DNA of 56,184 nt from a virus (IMGVR_UViG_3300042566_000389:1-56184), one strand, 5' to 3'. Shown: positions 47,056-55,590, counted from the stretch's first letter. The notes: generated by a model not told the origin, from the letters alone. Numbers and translations: made by a program.

Positions 47056-47272
47056 CCGTCACCTCCCGTGCCTCGAGCATCTTGTCAGCCAGGATGTATG
47101 CGTTCCTGGTGAGCGTTGTGTCGTCGTAGTTCACCTGACCCAGTGCGTTGCCACACCCAGCCACGATGCCTTGCATGGCTGCAGCTGCAAAATAGTCACG
47201 TAGCTTCATGCCAGACAGCTGGCCGGTTGAGTCAAATTGTGTTCTTGGAAATGCGCGTTCGTTATTCATCAT
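47048..47272 (-). CDS. Conserved phage protein
   Basis: AFP..GMKLRDYFAAAAMQG..AY.LAD.ML.AR. Confidence 0.75.
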   Translation of the reverse strand: MMNNERAFPRTQFDSTGQLSGMKLRDYFAAAAMQGIVAGCGNALGQVNYDDTTLTRNAYILADKMLEAREVTGE

Positions 47273-47442
47273 TGGCCTCCTGGTGCCTTAACAAGTTTTC
47301 CTGCAATCAAACTGGGTGCCTGTTCAACCTTGGTCATGCGGTGATTCCACTTGCCAGGCTTGAGCGGCTTGAACTCAAACTGCTGTTTCGGCGTTGCGCC
47401 GCGTGGGTCAGCTTTCGTTACATCTGGATATGTCATTCTCAT
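47269..47442 (-). CDS. Hypothetical protein
   Basis: Coupled on both sides. Confidence 0.5.
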   Translation of the reverse strand: MRMTYPDVTKADPRGATPKQQFEFKPLKPGKWNHRMTKVEQAPSLIAGKLVKAPGGQ

Positions 47443-47627
47443 GCTGCTCTCTCCATTCTTTCTTTTGCCCAACGCTCACGAGTTGCCTTGCTTGCGTAGA
47501 TCGATTCGTTCTTCCGGTTGACACAGGCGTTGCACACCCATCTCGTTGTTGTCTTGCGCTTGTACGTCTGACCGCCTTCGATTGAGCGCATGCCCTGACA
47601 GGCCGTGCAGTATTTCTTGTCTGTCAT
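47439..47627 (-). CDS. Zn-finger hypothetical protein
   Basis: CTAC..CNAC; GGAGG RBS. Confidence 0.65.
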   Translation of the reverse strand: MTDKKYCTACQGMRSIEGGQTYKRKTTTRWVCNACVNRKNESIYASKATRERWAKERMERAA

Positions 47628-47959
47628 GCGACCTCCTTGTCCAGACGCTTTGCCGCCAACAGATCCGAGTACTTGTCTGGGTAGCGCAGCTTCAGCTTGT
47701 CGATGTTCTGCTTGGCAACCTCAGCCATATCCACCCCAAGGGCTTCGCAAGCTAGCGCCACGTACCAGAGCAGGTCGCCTAGTTCTTCCAGCGCATTGCC
47801 GTGATCCAGCGTCTTGTTGTAGATGGCGCTCTTCTTGATGGCATCGGCAAACTCACCGGCCTCGCCCGTCACTCCAAGCGCCGCATGCAATAGGTCGAAG
47901 TTCTGATCAACTCGCTTTGCTGTTCTCAGCGCATCACGCTGGTATTCGTAAAAATTCAT
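47624..47959 (-). CDS. mazG: MazG-like NTP pyrophosphohydrolase
   Basis: LGVTGEAGEFAD..EELGDLLWY..NIDKLKLRY. Confidence 0.88.
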   Translation of the reverse strand: MNFYEYQRDALRTAKRVDQNFDLLHAALGVTGEAGEFADAIKKSAIYNKTLDHGNALEELGDLLWYVALACEALGVDMAEVAKQNIDKLKLRYPDKYSDLLAAKRLDKEVA

Positions 47960-48093
47960 GCTGTTTCCCTGTACCAAAATTGTTGCAAGATGAACTGCTA
48001 TTTACTGCTTCACAGTGCTCGTTAGGTTGCGCGTCCCCGATTCAAGTTGTTGAATCTACGAGCTTATGAACAGCACTATTAACGCTATCAGTC

Positions 48094-48140
48094 GATTCGT
48101 AATCAGTAGGTCGGACGTTCGAGTCGTCTCAGCAGCACCA
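48094..48140 (+). mobile_element. attP core: 3' half of tRNA-Thr(CGT)
   Basis: GA-TTCGTAA-TCAGT anticodon loop, GGACG-TTCGAGT-CGTCT T arm, CAGCAGC-ACCA; 5' half absent; abuts the integrase stop. Confidence 0.85.
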
Positions 48141-48144
48141 ACCG

Positions 48145-48157
48145 AATCAACCATTTA
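48145..48157 (+). promoter_or_regulatory. IHF binding site next to the attP core
   Basis: AATCAACCATTTA is an exact match to WATCAANNNNTTR. Confidence 0.65.
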
Positions 48158-49229
48158 CAACTACAAGGCGTGGGCGGGGCGTAGGGGTCTGTACCAAAAC
48201 CGTACCAAACGCCTTATCGACCATCGCCGCGGCATCCCTGAGGTGGTCAATCGACAGGTGGGCATACCGCTGCACCATCTGCGAATCCTTCCAACCACCC
48301 AGCTCCTGGATCACCTCGAGTGGTACGCCCTGTTGCCGCATGAGCGATGCCCATGTGTGCCTCAGATCGTGCCACCGCAGGTTCTCTAGTCCTGCCGCCG
48401 TGCATGCACGCTTCCACACCTTGCTTGGAATCTCCCGGACTGGAGCGCCACTGTCCTTGAGGAAGACCCACTCCGAATCGTTGCGTTGCTGTCGGAGGAT
48501 GGCCAACGCTTCTGCGTTCAGCGGGATCCGCAACAACTCACCGTTCTTCATGTACTGCCCCAAGATCGTGGCGGACTTGTTCTCCTCGTCCACTTGATCC
48601 CACCTCAACCGCAACACGTTCCGACGCCGAAGTCCGGTCGCTACCGCCAGTCGAGCCGCCATTCCATACGGGCTAGGCAAAGCATCAACCAACCGCACCA
48701 CCTCTTCGGGTGACAAGAACCGGAGCCGCGTCACCTCGCCTGTCTCAAAGCGGTACAGCGGGGGTTCTTCACCGGTACTGAACCACCGGTACTCCCGATA
48801 CGCCGCATTCATCACAGCACGTAGGTAAGCGATTCTCCGGTTCACATCAGCCGGGCCGCGCTGACCACCACCCCGCTGCTTCGGCACCGTCAACCACCAC
48901 GCCCTGATCTCTTTCACCATATCTGGTGTGATCTCATCGAGGTAGCTGACCTCACGTTTCTTGAACTGAGCTGTCCACCAGGCTGACTGTTTCTCATATT
49001 CCGAGAACGTCGCCAGGTTTTCGTGCTCCTTCAAGTACCGCTTTGTTGCCTCAGCCCAAGTCCTGCGGGGCTTCTCACCGAGTGCTCTCTCTCGAAAACT
49101 CTCGGCGTACTTCCTAGAAAGGATCTCTCTAGCCAGCTTCTCGTCGCCTGTCCCAGAGGATGTCTGGAACCGCTTGCCGTTGACTGACCACCGACCCCAC
49201 CACACCGAACCCCGTTGGATAACTTTCAT
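48147..49229 (-). CDS. int: Tyrosine integrase
   Basis: TGLRR, KNG, HDLRHTWAS, LGGW, RYAH catalytic motifs. Confidence 0.95.
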   Translation of the reverse strand: MKVIQRGSVWWGRWSVNGKRFQTSSGTGDEKLAREILSRKYAESFRERALGEKPRRTWAEATKRYLKEHENLATFSEYEKQSAWWTAQFKKREVSYLDEITPDMVKEIRAWWLTVPKQRGGGQRGPADVNRRIAYLRAVMNAAYREYRWFSTGEEPPLYRFETGEVTRLRFLSPEEVVRLVDALPSPYGMAARLAVATGLRRRNVLRLRWDQVDEENKSATILGQYMKNGELLRIPLNAEALAILRQQRNDSEWVFLKDSGAPVREIPSKVWKRACTAAGLENLRWHDLRHTWASLMRQQGVPLEVIQELGGWKDSQMVQRYAHLSIDHLRDAAAMVDKAFGTVLVQTPTPRPRLVVVNG

Positions 49230-49260
49230 GATTCACGCTCCTTCGGGGACGCGCACAAAC

Positions 49261-49300
49261 ATTATATACAGCAACATAAATATATGTCAACGCTGCTAAT
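49261..49300 (-). promoter_or_regulatory. Integrase promoter with overlapping operator
   Basis: TTGACA-18-TATAAT (49290-49261); palindrome GTCAAC-GCT-GCTAAT at 49286-49300. Confidence 0.75.
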
Positions 49301-49303
49301 ACA

Positions 49304-49540
49304 TCACGGTAAACGTTTGAACCATTTGGGGTAATGCGCCGTACCTTTGAAGATGCCTTCGACCATCTTGGCTACCTCTCTGGCACCGTCGTCCCCCATC
49401 TCTTTGCGCAACTGGGTGTAGTGCTTCTTGCGTCCTGCCTGGGTTCTGATTGCCGCTGCGGTGTGCACCCTGTCTTCAAACTCACGCTGAGTGCGTTCGA
49501 TGTCCGCTGCCCACTTGGCTTCTTGTGCGTCGTCACTCAT
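49304..49540 (-). CDS. Hypothetical protein
   Basis: Operon context. Confidence 0.6.
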   Translation of the reverse strand: MSDDAQEAKWAADIERTQREFEDRVHTAAAIRTQAGRKKHYTQLRKEMGDDGAREVAKMVEGIFKGTAHYPKWFKRLP

Positions 49541-49883
49541 GAAACATGTCCACGCCAATCAGCTTTCCCGCCTCATCAAATATGTACACAACGTTGGGTG
49601 GGTAATCCGTGTTAGCCAGCACCTGTTTCAGATGTGTGCTGTAGAACACGTGCTGCTTCACCGTTTCAGGGCCACGAGACTCCTTGATGCGGTACTCAAA
49701 CTCTGGTCGCCACGCAGGTCGATCGTCTACTTCCTGCCACCTGGTGCCTTGATTGGGACGGTACTCAATGGCGTACCCGTCAGCCCAAGCCTTGATGCAA
49801 TCCGCATGAACGTGGGCGATCTCTTTCTTGATTGGCATACCTCTTCCTTCAAACACAGATTTATCTCCGTCGTAACTCAACAC
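49533..49883 (-). CDS. Conserved phage protein
   Basis: HVHADCIKAWADG..IEY..P.W..EYRIK. Confidence 0.7.
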   Translation of the reverse strand: MLSYDGDKSVFEGRGMPIKKEIAHVHADCIKAWADGYAIEYRPNQGTRWQEVDDRPAWRPEFEYRIKESRGPETVKQHVFYSTHLKQVLANTDYPPNVVYIFDEAGKLIGVDMFHE

Positions 49884-49885
49884 GG

Positions 49886-50134
49886 CTACTCCTTAGAAAG
49901 TTGCATGGCGGCACGATGGATACGTGCATCGAACCACCGACGTACTGCATAGCTACGAGCGACTGACACCCCGGTGTAAAGCAGACCAATCAGGAAGTTG
50001 TCGCTCAGTGAAACGTGGAACCCGAACAAGGGCAGGATCAACAGGTTGGCTATGTAGTTGATGCAGAAGCCAATCAGAATGTTGATACCCGCCTCGATCA
50101 GAGACCCCTTCTTGGTTTGCCTCACGTGGCTCAT
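49886..50134 (-). CDS. Small two-TM conserved phage protein
   Basis: QTKKGSLIEA..N..IG..SVARSYAVRRWF. Confidence 0.7.
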   Translation of the reverse strand: MSHVRQTKKGSLIEAGINILIGFCINYIANLLILPLFGFHVSLSDNFLIGLLYTGVSVARSYAVRRWFDARIHRAAMQLSKE

Positions 50135-50319
50135 GGCAACAAGCTCGACAGCGCCACAACCCATCCGATGACGACGATAATCAAGCCGCTAATAAACGTC
50201 CACTTGACTAATACATGCGCCCACGGGAAGAGCTTGCCCCACGGATCAACGCTCTCCAGCGCAACGATCAACACCATCGAGACCACGAACAGAACCGCTC
50301 CAAACAGTGCGAACATCAT
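50131..50319 (-). CDS. Membrane protein
   Basis: Two hydrophobic segments, coupled. Confidence 0.55.
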   Translation of the reverse strand: MMFALFGAVLFVVSMVLIVALESVDPWGKLFPWAHVLVKWTFISGLIIVVIGWVVALSSLLP

Positions 50320-50750
50320 GGCAACCACTCCTTGGGACGGTCATCCCCTTCAGGGAAGGTCTGTGCGTATAGCGTGAGCATACGCAGGTTGCACATCGCG
50401 TGAGCCAGGTGCGGCTGACCAGACTCAGGATCGATGTCCTCGCCCGATTGCCAAGCCGCTAGGTGACGCAGAGCGCAAGCCATCGGGATCGACCACTTCA
50501 TCCCCTTCATCCAGTTGAAGCGCTTGTACTTGGCTTCGCCGTACATCCAGACGCGTGCTTCATCTTCAAGGGTGGACAGAGGGATCAAGCTGAGGTCAGC
50601 CTTTCCTGCGTTGTACCGTGCACCAGATCCACGCTCGTTGCTGTTCACGTCACCCACCTGCTTCTCGAGTGGGCCGAACGTCAATGCCACCGGATCATCA
50701 ATCTGGTACGCATCAGCCAACGTCTTTGGTGTGAATGGCCATTTCTCCAT
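50316..50750 (-). CDS. DUF5664-like dATP/dGTP diphosphohydrolase domain protein
   Basis: YNAGK..LSLIP..YGEAKY..NWMKG..ALRHL..GEDIDPESGQPHLAHAMCN. Confidence 0.85.
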   Translation of the reverse strand: MEKWPFTPKTLADAYQIDDPVALTFGPLEKQVGDVNSNERGSGARYNAGKADLSLIPLSTLEDEARVWMYGEAKYKRFNWMKGMKWSIPMACALRHLAAWQSGEDIDPESGQPHLAHAMCNLRMLTLYAQTFPEGDDRPKEWLP

Positions 50751-50886
50751 GCGCCTTCTCCTGTTTCAGTTTGTTCAGTTCCTTTCTGAGCTGCTCGATC
50801 GTTTGATCCCGCTGCTCCAACTTTTCCATCAACCCCCGCGCCAGCTCCATCGACTGGTCGCAGGTCTCACAACTGTGTGTGCTCAT
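50713..50886 (-). CDS. 57-aa CxxC + coiled-coil protein (absent from the ORF track)
   Basis: MSTHSCETCDQ..; fills the operon gap with ATGA coupling. Confidence 0.55.
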   Translation of the reverse strand: MSTHSCETCDQSMELARGLMEKLEQRDQTIEQLRKELNKLKQEKAHGEMAIHTKDVG

Positions 50887-51218
50887 CTGTATCTCTCAAT
50901 TCCAAGTTCCCGAGCGACATCCCACATGTCTTCATCTAGGCTGGGTTCCGGTTCATACATGTCATCCTCTGGCCGTCGAGGCTTGACCGACCGACTACGT
51001 ACAGGCTTGGGTTGCCTGACCTTCTGCACACGTGGAGCCTTGGGCGGCTTCTCAACCTTGACGGTTGGCGCTCTCAACTCATGGGCTGTATCCAGAATTT
51101 CAATCGTGGCAAACCTGAACCCGCACTTCTCGCACTTCCGCTTGCGCCGATACCCACGACCCTCGATCAACCTGGAGTCATAGACATCGGTGCGAGCAGA
51201 GCACTTGATACATTTCAT
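50883..51218 (-). CDS. NrdR-like Zn-ribbon protein
   Basis: MKCIKC..T.VYDSR..RRKRKCEKCGFRFATIE. Confidence 0.75.
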   Translation of the reverse strand: MKCIKCSARTDVYDSRLIEGRGYRRKRKCEKCGFRFATIEILDTAHELRAPTVKVEKPPKAPRVQKVRQPKPVRSRSVKPRRPEDDMYEPEPSLDEDMWDVARELGIERYR

Positions 51219-51400
51219 CCAGCGTTGGCCTGATTAACCAAGTCACCGAGCAGCTCGTAAAACGCAAACGCAGCGGCCTCTGCTTGCGTCAGATCACTGT
51301 CATCGTCGCTTGCTCTATCAGCAACAAATTCAACCTTCACCGGGAAACCACCGTTCTCTTCGGTGTTCACGTCTTCAAAAGAAATCAATACCTTTGCCAT
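51215..51400 (-). CDS. Small acidic protein
   Basis: GAGG RBS before MAKVLISFED. Confidence 0.55.
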   Translation of the reverse strand: MAKVLISFEDVNTEENGGFPVKVEFVADRASDDDSDLTQAEAAAFAFYELLGDLVNQANAG

Positions 51401-51407
51401 TGTTGCC

Positions 51408-51656
51408 TCACTGAAGTGGATGTTCTGATTTAACCAACGTGCTTGCGTGTTCGAACACAGCCGTTGATGCGATACGCATTTGCTCGAGAATGTCATCGAC
51501 CTTCTCTTTCTCCACATCAGCCATAGCCAAAGCAGAACCAGTCAAGACTGCGAACAGATGCGCCCAGTCTCCGATGTTCATCTCACGCTCGTGAGCCGCG
51601 GCAAAGTCCATCCACATGCGGGTGAATTCACCCTTGAGTTCGGTTACGTCATTCAC
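51408..51656 (-). CDS. Hypothetical protein
   Basis: AAGGGG RBS + GTG start overlapping the xis end. Confidence 0.55.
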   Translation of the reverse strand: MNDVTELKGEFTRMWMDFAAAHEREMNIGDWAHLFAVLTGSALAMADVEKEKVDDILEQMRIASTAVFEHASTLVKSEHPLQ

Positions 51657-51840
51657 TGGTGTTCCCCTTGTTGTATTGCTCACGCAGATACGAGTCGATG
51701 TCCTCGCGTTTGAATCGGTATGCACGTCCGATCTTGGCGGCAGGCAGAGCGCCGTTCTTAGCCAGTCGTCGCACGGTGAAGCTGGAGAGGCCAACGTAAC
51801 CCGCCGCCTCCTCAACGTTCATCAGCTTGTTCTCTTCCAT
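51649..51840 (-). CDS. xis: Excisionase/HTH_17 DNA-binding protein
   Basis: LMNVEEAAGYVGLS..TVRRL..G.LPAAKIG..YRF..DID. Confidence 0.8.
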   Translation of the reverse strand: MEENKLMNVEEAAGYVGLSSFTVRRLAKNGALPAAKIGRAYRFKREDIDSYLREQYNKGNTSE

Positions 51841-52020
51841 TTATATTTCCTTGCAGTGCTTCAATAAAAAATCTGGTGTGAACTCAACGAGCCTTGCGTC
51901 CATGAGTTCACGCTTGTTCATTTGCATGTGACCTTCCACGTCGAGCGCATCAAGCATGCAGACATAGGTCTGCCGAGCCTGGTGATACTCAATCACGTTC
52001 AGCCACTTCCCCGATGGCAA
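51841..52020 (-). CDS. Hypothetical protein
   Basis: GGAGG + TTG start gives MPSGKWLNV.. Confidence 0.45.
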   Translation of the reverse strand: MPSGKWLNVIEYHQARQTYVCMLDALDVEGHMQMNKRELMDARLVEFTPDFLLKHCKEI

Positions 52021-52858
52021 ACGAATCCTCCGTCCGGTCAGCCTGATACTGAGAGCAGAACGGGGCAACTTCGCAGTACTCGGCGCACCGCTTGTATCCA
52101 CCCTTTCGTTCTTCAATAAAAAGGCCGTCAGCGACTGGGGATTCAATGTCATCTTTGTTCTCATAAACACGGATGGCACGCTTGCCACCCTTCTTCATCA
52201 ACGCCCACTTCGTCCCCTCGTACCAACGTTCATCATCAGTACACAACACCTTCTCTCCTGCTGATGCTTTTTGATGCAGGGAAACACGTTGGCATATGTA
52301 CTGATAGATCACGTCATCAGGAAGAACCTCGATGTCGATCGACACGATCGGGGCAATGGGGTAATTCGCCTTACGTTTGGACTCGGACTTCTTCCAGTCA
52401 CGCAAGATCGCCACGATTCGCAAGCCGTCCACCTTGTAGCCGTTCTGGATTGCAAGCCAACGAAGAATGTTGAGTTGCCAAGTCCAATCCGCTACGTCTC
52501 CAGCCATCACTTTGTAGGCGCCGGTGACCTTGTAATCGTCCAGGGTGGTGCCATGCAGGTCGATGCGATCGAACTGACCGGACAATTGCCAACCGTTGAC
52601 TTCTGCATACAGCCGCTCTTCAACGATGTCGGACTTGTTCGCCCGTTCCAGGATGGTGTGCACCGCCTGGCCAAGCAACGCCCAGACTCGATCACTCACA
52701 TCCTCAACGATTGAAGCCTTGAACTTGGAGATCAACTGACGACGCTGAGGTGAATCGATCAGCTTGGTCACGGAGATGTCCCCGCCACCTTTGTACGGAT
52801 CGTTCTTGACAGCCTGGAGGATTGCGTCCGGCAGGTTGTATGTGTTGGTTAGATGCAC
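51989..52858 (-). CDS. PD-(D/E)xK (Cas4-like fold) recombination exonuclease
   Basis: SVTKLI, GQAVH, LSGQFD, DYKVT, C-terminal RC..YC....FC. Confidence 0.8.
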   Translation of the reverse strand: MHLTNTYNLPDAILQAVKNDPYKGGGDISVTKLIDSPQRRQLISKFKASIVEDVSDRVWALLGQAVHTILERANKSDIVEERLYAEVNGWQLSGQFDRIDLHGTTLDDYKVTGAYKVMAGDVADWTWQLNILRWLAIQNGYKVDGLRIVAILRDWKKSESKRKANYPIAPIVSIDIEVLPDDVIYQYICQRVSLHQKASAGEKVLCTDDERWYEGTKWALMKKGGKRAIRVYENKDDIESPVADGLFIEERKGGYKRCAEYCEVAPFCSQYQADRTEDSFAIGEVAERD

Positions 52859-53166
52859 GAGTCCTTCTCCGATTGATGAAGGAGTTCACGCAGGAGATAA
52901 CCCTCGTGTGTCCAGATCTGTTTGATGGCGTTGTCGTAGGCGTAGCGCTTGCCGACTTCACGATCAAAGTTTTCAGCCGAGGCGGGGGTCGATGTTCCGA
53001 TGAACTTGAATCCGTTCTCAACCGTCAAGATTGCAACGGTCGTCGTGTCATGCGAGATGTACGCCACGTCCTTGACCAGCGATGCGATGTGCTCGATCGT
53101 CACCTTGGGCGCTGTCTTGGTGGACACAACCTGCTGTGCTTGCTCAAGAGTGATTGATGGTTTCAT
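52849..53166 (-). CDS. Phage gp49/66 family protein (Acb4-like nucleotide sponge)
   Basis: APKVT..I..TTVAIL..NGF..GTS..S.ENFD.EVG..A..NA..IW..EGYLL. Confidence 0.75.
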   Translation of the reverse strand: MKPSITLEQAQQVVSTKTAPKVTIEHIASLVKDVAYISHDTTTVAILTVENGFKFIGTSTPASAENFDREVGKRYAYDNAIKQIWTHEGYLLRELLHQSEKDSCI

Positions 53167-53334
53167 TTACTCGTCCTCAGCAGGAGCAGGTGGAAGTGAA
53201 GCTGCTTGCGGCGTGATCTGAGGAATCGCAATGTCATGGATCAGATTGATCGGCGCTTGCGAGAACTTGTATGGAATCTCGGACAGCATGTTCAGCACTT
53301 GATTGAGCTGTTCGATAGTGAATGTGACTTGCAT
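53167..53334 (-). CDS. Small hypothetical protein
   Basis: GGAG RBS; N.VL..L.EIPYK..I..I. Confidence 0.6.
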   Translation of the reverse strand: MQVTFTIEQLNQVLNMLSEIPYKFSQAPINLIHDIAIPQITPQAASLPPAPAEDE

Positions 53335-53357
53335 ATGTGCTCCGTTATTGGTGGGTA

Positions 53358-53790
53358 CTGACACAGCTGAGCACTGTTATATGTTCCCGCATACGCCCCT
53401 GTGTAAGGTCAATGCTCATGTGTGTCAGACCTCGTCTTTCCGAGGCGTCATGTTGGTTCCCATAAAGCAGGGTTTTCTTGTAAAGGAGATCTTCTAAAAC
53501 ACTTCAGCGCCAAGCCGCTAACACTCGACACCAACACAGCTGAGGACTCAAATCGCATCGATCGCCCATATCCGGCTGATGAGACCGACTGGTGCTTCAG
53601 GTCATCACTCCTGAACGAATCCTCATGTGTGTTGGCGCTGTCTTTCCAGCTGTCACCGAGAAGCAGATTTCCCTTTCGGTTACGGGTTGGGCCTGTGTAG
53701 GACAGGTGGAGTATTGCGGCGCACTTCAGATGCCACCGGAGACCGTGCGCCCACATCTGCTAGATGTCATGAAGAGTCTTCCGGCCTTCG
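53358..53790 (-). ncRNA. Structured non-coding region with two related RNA units
   Basis: Two copies of RTGACR-[stem GGAAAGAC stem] followed by ACACACATGAG..CTCAGCTGTGT stems. Confidence 0.6.
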
Positions 53791-53794
53791 TCCG

Positions 53795-54049
53795 TTACCA
53801 GTCGATCGTGTCTGCATCCTGGCGCTGAGCCGGGGCTTGCTGACGTGGAGCACCACCGCCATTCGCGCCTGTGTCTACGTCGAGACTGCCGCGCAGATAC
53901 TTGGTACCTGCCTTGCTCGTCGCTTCCCAAAGACCGCCTCGATAGTTCGTGCCATCAGCCATCTCAATGACGACGTTGAACTGGGGTGCCTTGGGATTCT
54001 CTGAAGGCTTGGCTTTGAAGACGGAGATGTTGTTGTATTGCTTGGTCAT
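53795..54049 (-). CDS. SSB-like/DUF736-like protein
   Basis: NPKAPQF..GGLW..SKAGTKYL.G; acidic aromatic tail DTIDW. Confidence 0.65.
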   Translation of the reverse strand: MTKQYNNISVFKAKPSENPKAPQFNVVIEMADGTNYRGGLWEATSKAGTKYLRGSLDVDTGANGGGAPRQQAPAQRQDADTIDW

Positions 54050-54058
54050 AGTGGTTCC

Positions 54059-54736
54059 TTATGCGGGAGTTGTTGCGTTGGTTTTAATCTTGGACTGAAG
54101 CTTGGCTATCACTTCAGGGAGTACGGACTGCGGCAGGGCTACGAGATCACCAACACCGTATGCCTTGGCGATATTCGAATCTTTGACACCCGCTTGCTTG
54201 ATCAACTCGAGAACGATCTTGAGTTCGTCTTCGCTAATCGTTGCGGGTGTTGCGGGTGAATCCATGAAGCCGGATGCCTTGGGCTTCGGGCCAACCACAT
54301 GGGTTGTCGCATCTGGATCTTCATCAATCGGGATAGCGAACAGTTGAAACGCCATGTACTTGTAGGCGATCGACAGCGCTTTGTTCGTTGCCTTGTCACC
54401 CGAGTCCATCGCTTCACCAGGAACGGAGCAGACAACCGAGCTGCCGTCGATGGTCGAGTACACGGTGAAGTCAACTTGAACCGTCACGTAGAAGAGTGGG
54501 TTGCCACGACTATTAACACGCTCATTAACTTCACGATTCCTGATATTCGGGACGATGACAAGATCGGCTTCAACAAGATGCTGAGCCATCCGGTTCATCA
54601 CATCATCAATGCCGCGGAACTTGAAACCCTGCGATTCGTTCTTGCGATTCTTGCCGATGCCGTTCTCTGCAAATGCGGCGATCACATGCTTGATTCCCTG
54701 CAGTACATGCGGTGATTGTGGTTTGGCATCTGCCAT
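54059..54736 (-). CDS. erf: ERF family single-strand annealing protein
   Basis: GFKFRGIDD, GEAMDSGDKATNKA.S.AYKY..F.IP..DPD. Confidence 0.88.
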   Translation of the reverse strand: MADAKPQSPHVLQGIKHVIAAFAENGIGKNRKNESQGFKFRGIDDVMNRMAQHLVEADLVIVPNIRNREVNERVNSRGNPLFYVTVQVDFTVYSTIDGSSVVCSVPGEAMDSGDKATNKALSIAYKYMAFQLFAIPIDEDPDATTHVVGPKPKASGFMDSPATPATISEDELKIVLELIKQAGVKDSNIAKAYGVGDLVALPQSVLPEVIAKLQSKIKTNATTPA

Positions 54737-54769
54737 AAACCCTCCGTTGTTTTGTTTGACTGTGTTGAA

Positions 54770-54799
54770 ATCATAACCTCATTTATTAGCCATTGCAAT
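54770..54799 (-). promoter_or_regulatory. PL-like promoter with operator
   Basis: TTGCAA-17-TATGAT; ATTAGC-CAT-TGCAAT overlapping. Confidence 0.65.
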
Positions 54800-54840
54800 A
54801 TATATTTGCACAAATCATAAATATATTTGCAGTGTTGTTA

Positions 54841-55500
54841 TTAAGACACAGGTGAGAAGACTGAGATAACTCGACCTACGATGCGTAGCAGACCGAACAC
54901 ATCTTTAGATAGGCGTTGCTTCTTGCCAGCTCCACTGCTGAGCACAACACCGTCAGCCTCAATAGTCAGGCGACGACCGATGATGGCATCACCCTCTTGC
55001 AACAGGTACACCCCATCACTCGGTGTCTTCTGTTCACGATCGTCAACCAGGAACACGGTGCCTGCCGGGAACTCTTTGAAGCTGGAGTCTTCAACACGCA
55101 CTAGCTTGATGTGATCAGCTGGTACTCCTACGGCTTGACAGAACCGCTCAGAGAACGCGAACCAATCGAGGACGGTACTTGTCTGCATCCCACCGAGAAC
55201 GCCTGTCGTAGGCGCTGTATACCCGTCCAATGATGTTGGTACTGGCTTGCCAACTAGCGGGGCAAACCGAGGTGATATGTCTTTGATCTCAACCCTAAGC
55301 AACTTTGCAAACTTCGCAGCTGCTTGGAAGTTGAGGCTCACCTTTCCGTTGATGTACTGAGAGATTGCACCCTGGCTGTTGTAGCCCAGCTCCTTCGCTG
55401 CCTTCACCTGGCTTAGGTGCAACGTATCTTTCTTTGCAATCCAAAGTTGTTTGAGTCGCCGTGCATCCTCGCGCTCCTCACTCGACAGCTCTCTCATCAC
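54841..55500 (-). CDS. cI: CI-like repressor (HTH + degenerate S24 domain)
   Basis: RLKQLW..LSQ..A.ELG..SQGAISQYINGK..LN; C-terminal V.DS..G..FLVD..DGVY. Confidence 0.85.
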   Translation of the reverse strand: MMRELSSEEREDARRLKQLWIAKKDTLHLSQVKAAKELGYNSQGAISQYINGKVSLNFQAAAKFAKLLRVEIKDISPRFAPLVGKPVPTSLDGYTAPTTGVLGGMQTSTVLDWFAFSERFCQAVGVPADHIKLVRVEDSSFKEFPAGTVFLVDDREQKTPSDGVYLLQEGDAIIGRRLTIEADGVVLSSGAGKKQRLSKDVFGLLRIVGRVISVFSPVS

Positions 55501-55541
55501 ACACCCTTTCTTATATCGAGATTGTTGTTACTACGCCACGA

Positions 55542-55570
55542 AGTATCAGCACAGCAATTCAACATGTCAA
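55542..55570 (-). promoter_or_regulatory. PRM-like promoter
   Basis: TTGACA-17-GATACT; ATCAGC-ACA-GCAATT overlapping. Confidence 0.6.
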
Positions 55571-55590
55571 TAGCGCCAATCAATTATCTG

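Noticed and set aside
48094-48140. Second functional tRNA gene
   Set aside because: The 5' acceptor strand and D arm are missing; it is the attP core
51989-52858. Cas4 as part of a CRISPR system
   Set aside because: It sits with ERF and SSB-like genes as the recombination exonuclease; no array or cas1
53571-53625. CTGATGAG hammerhead-like core on the plus strand
   Set aside because: No GAAA after stem II and no stem I/III; better explained by the minus-strand structure
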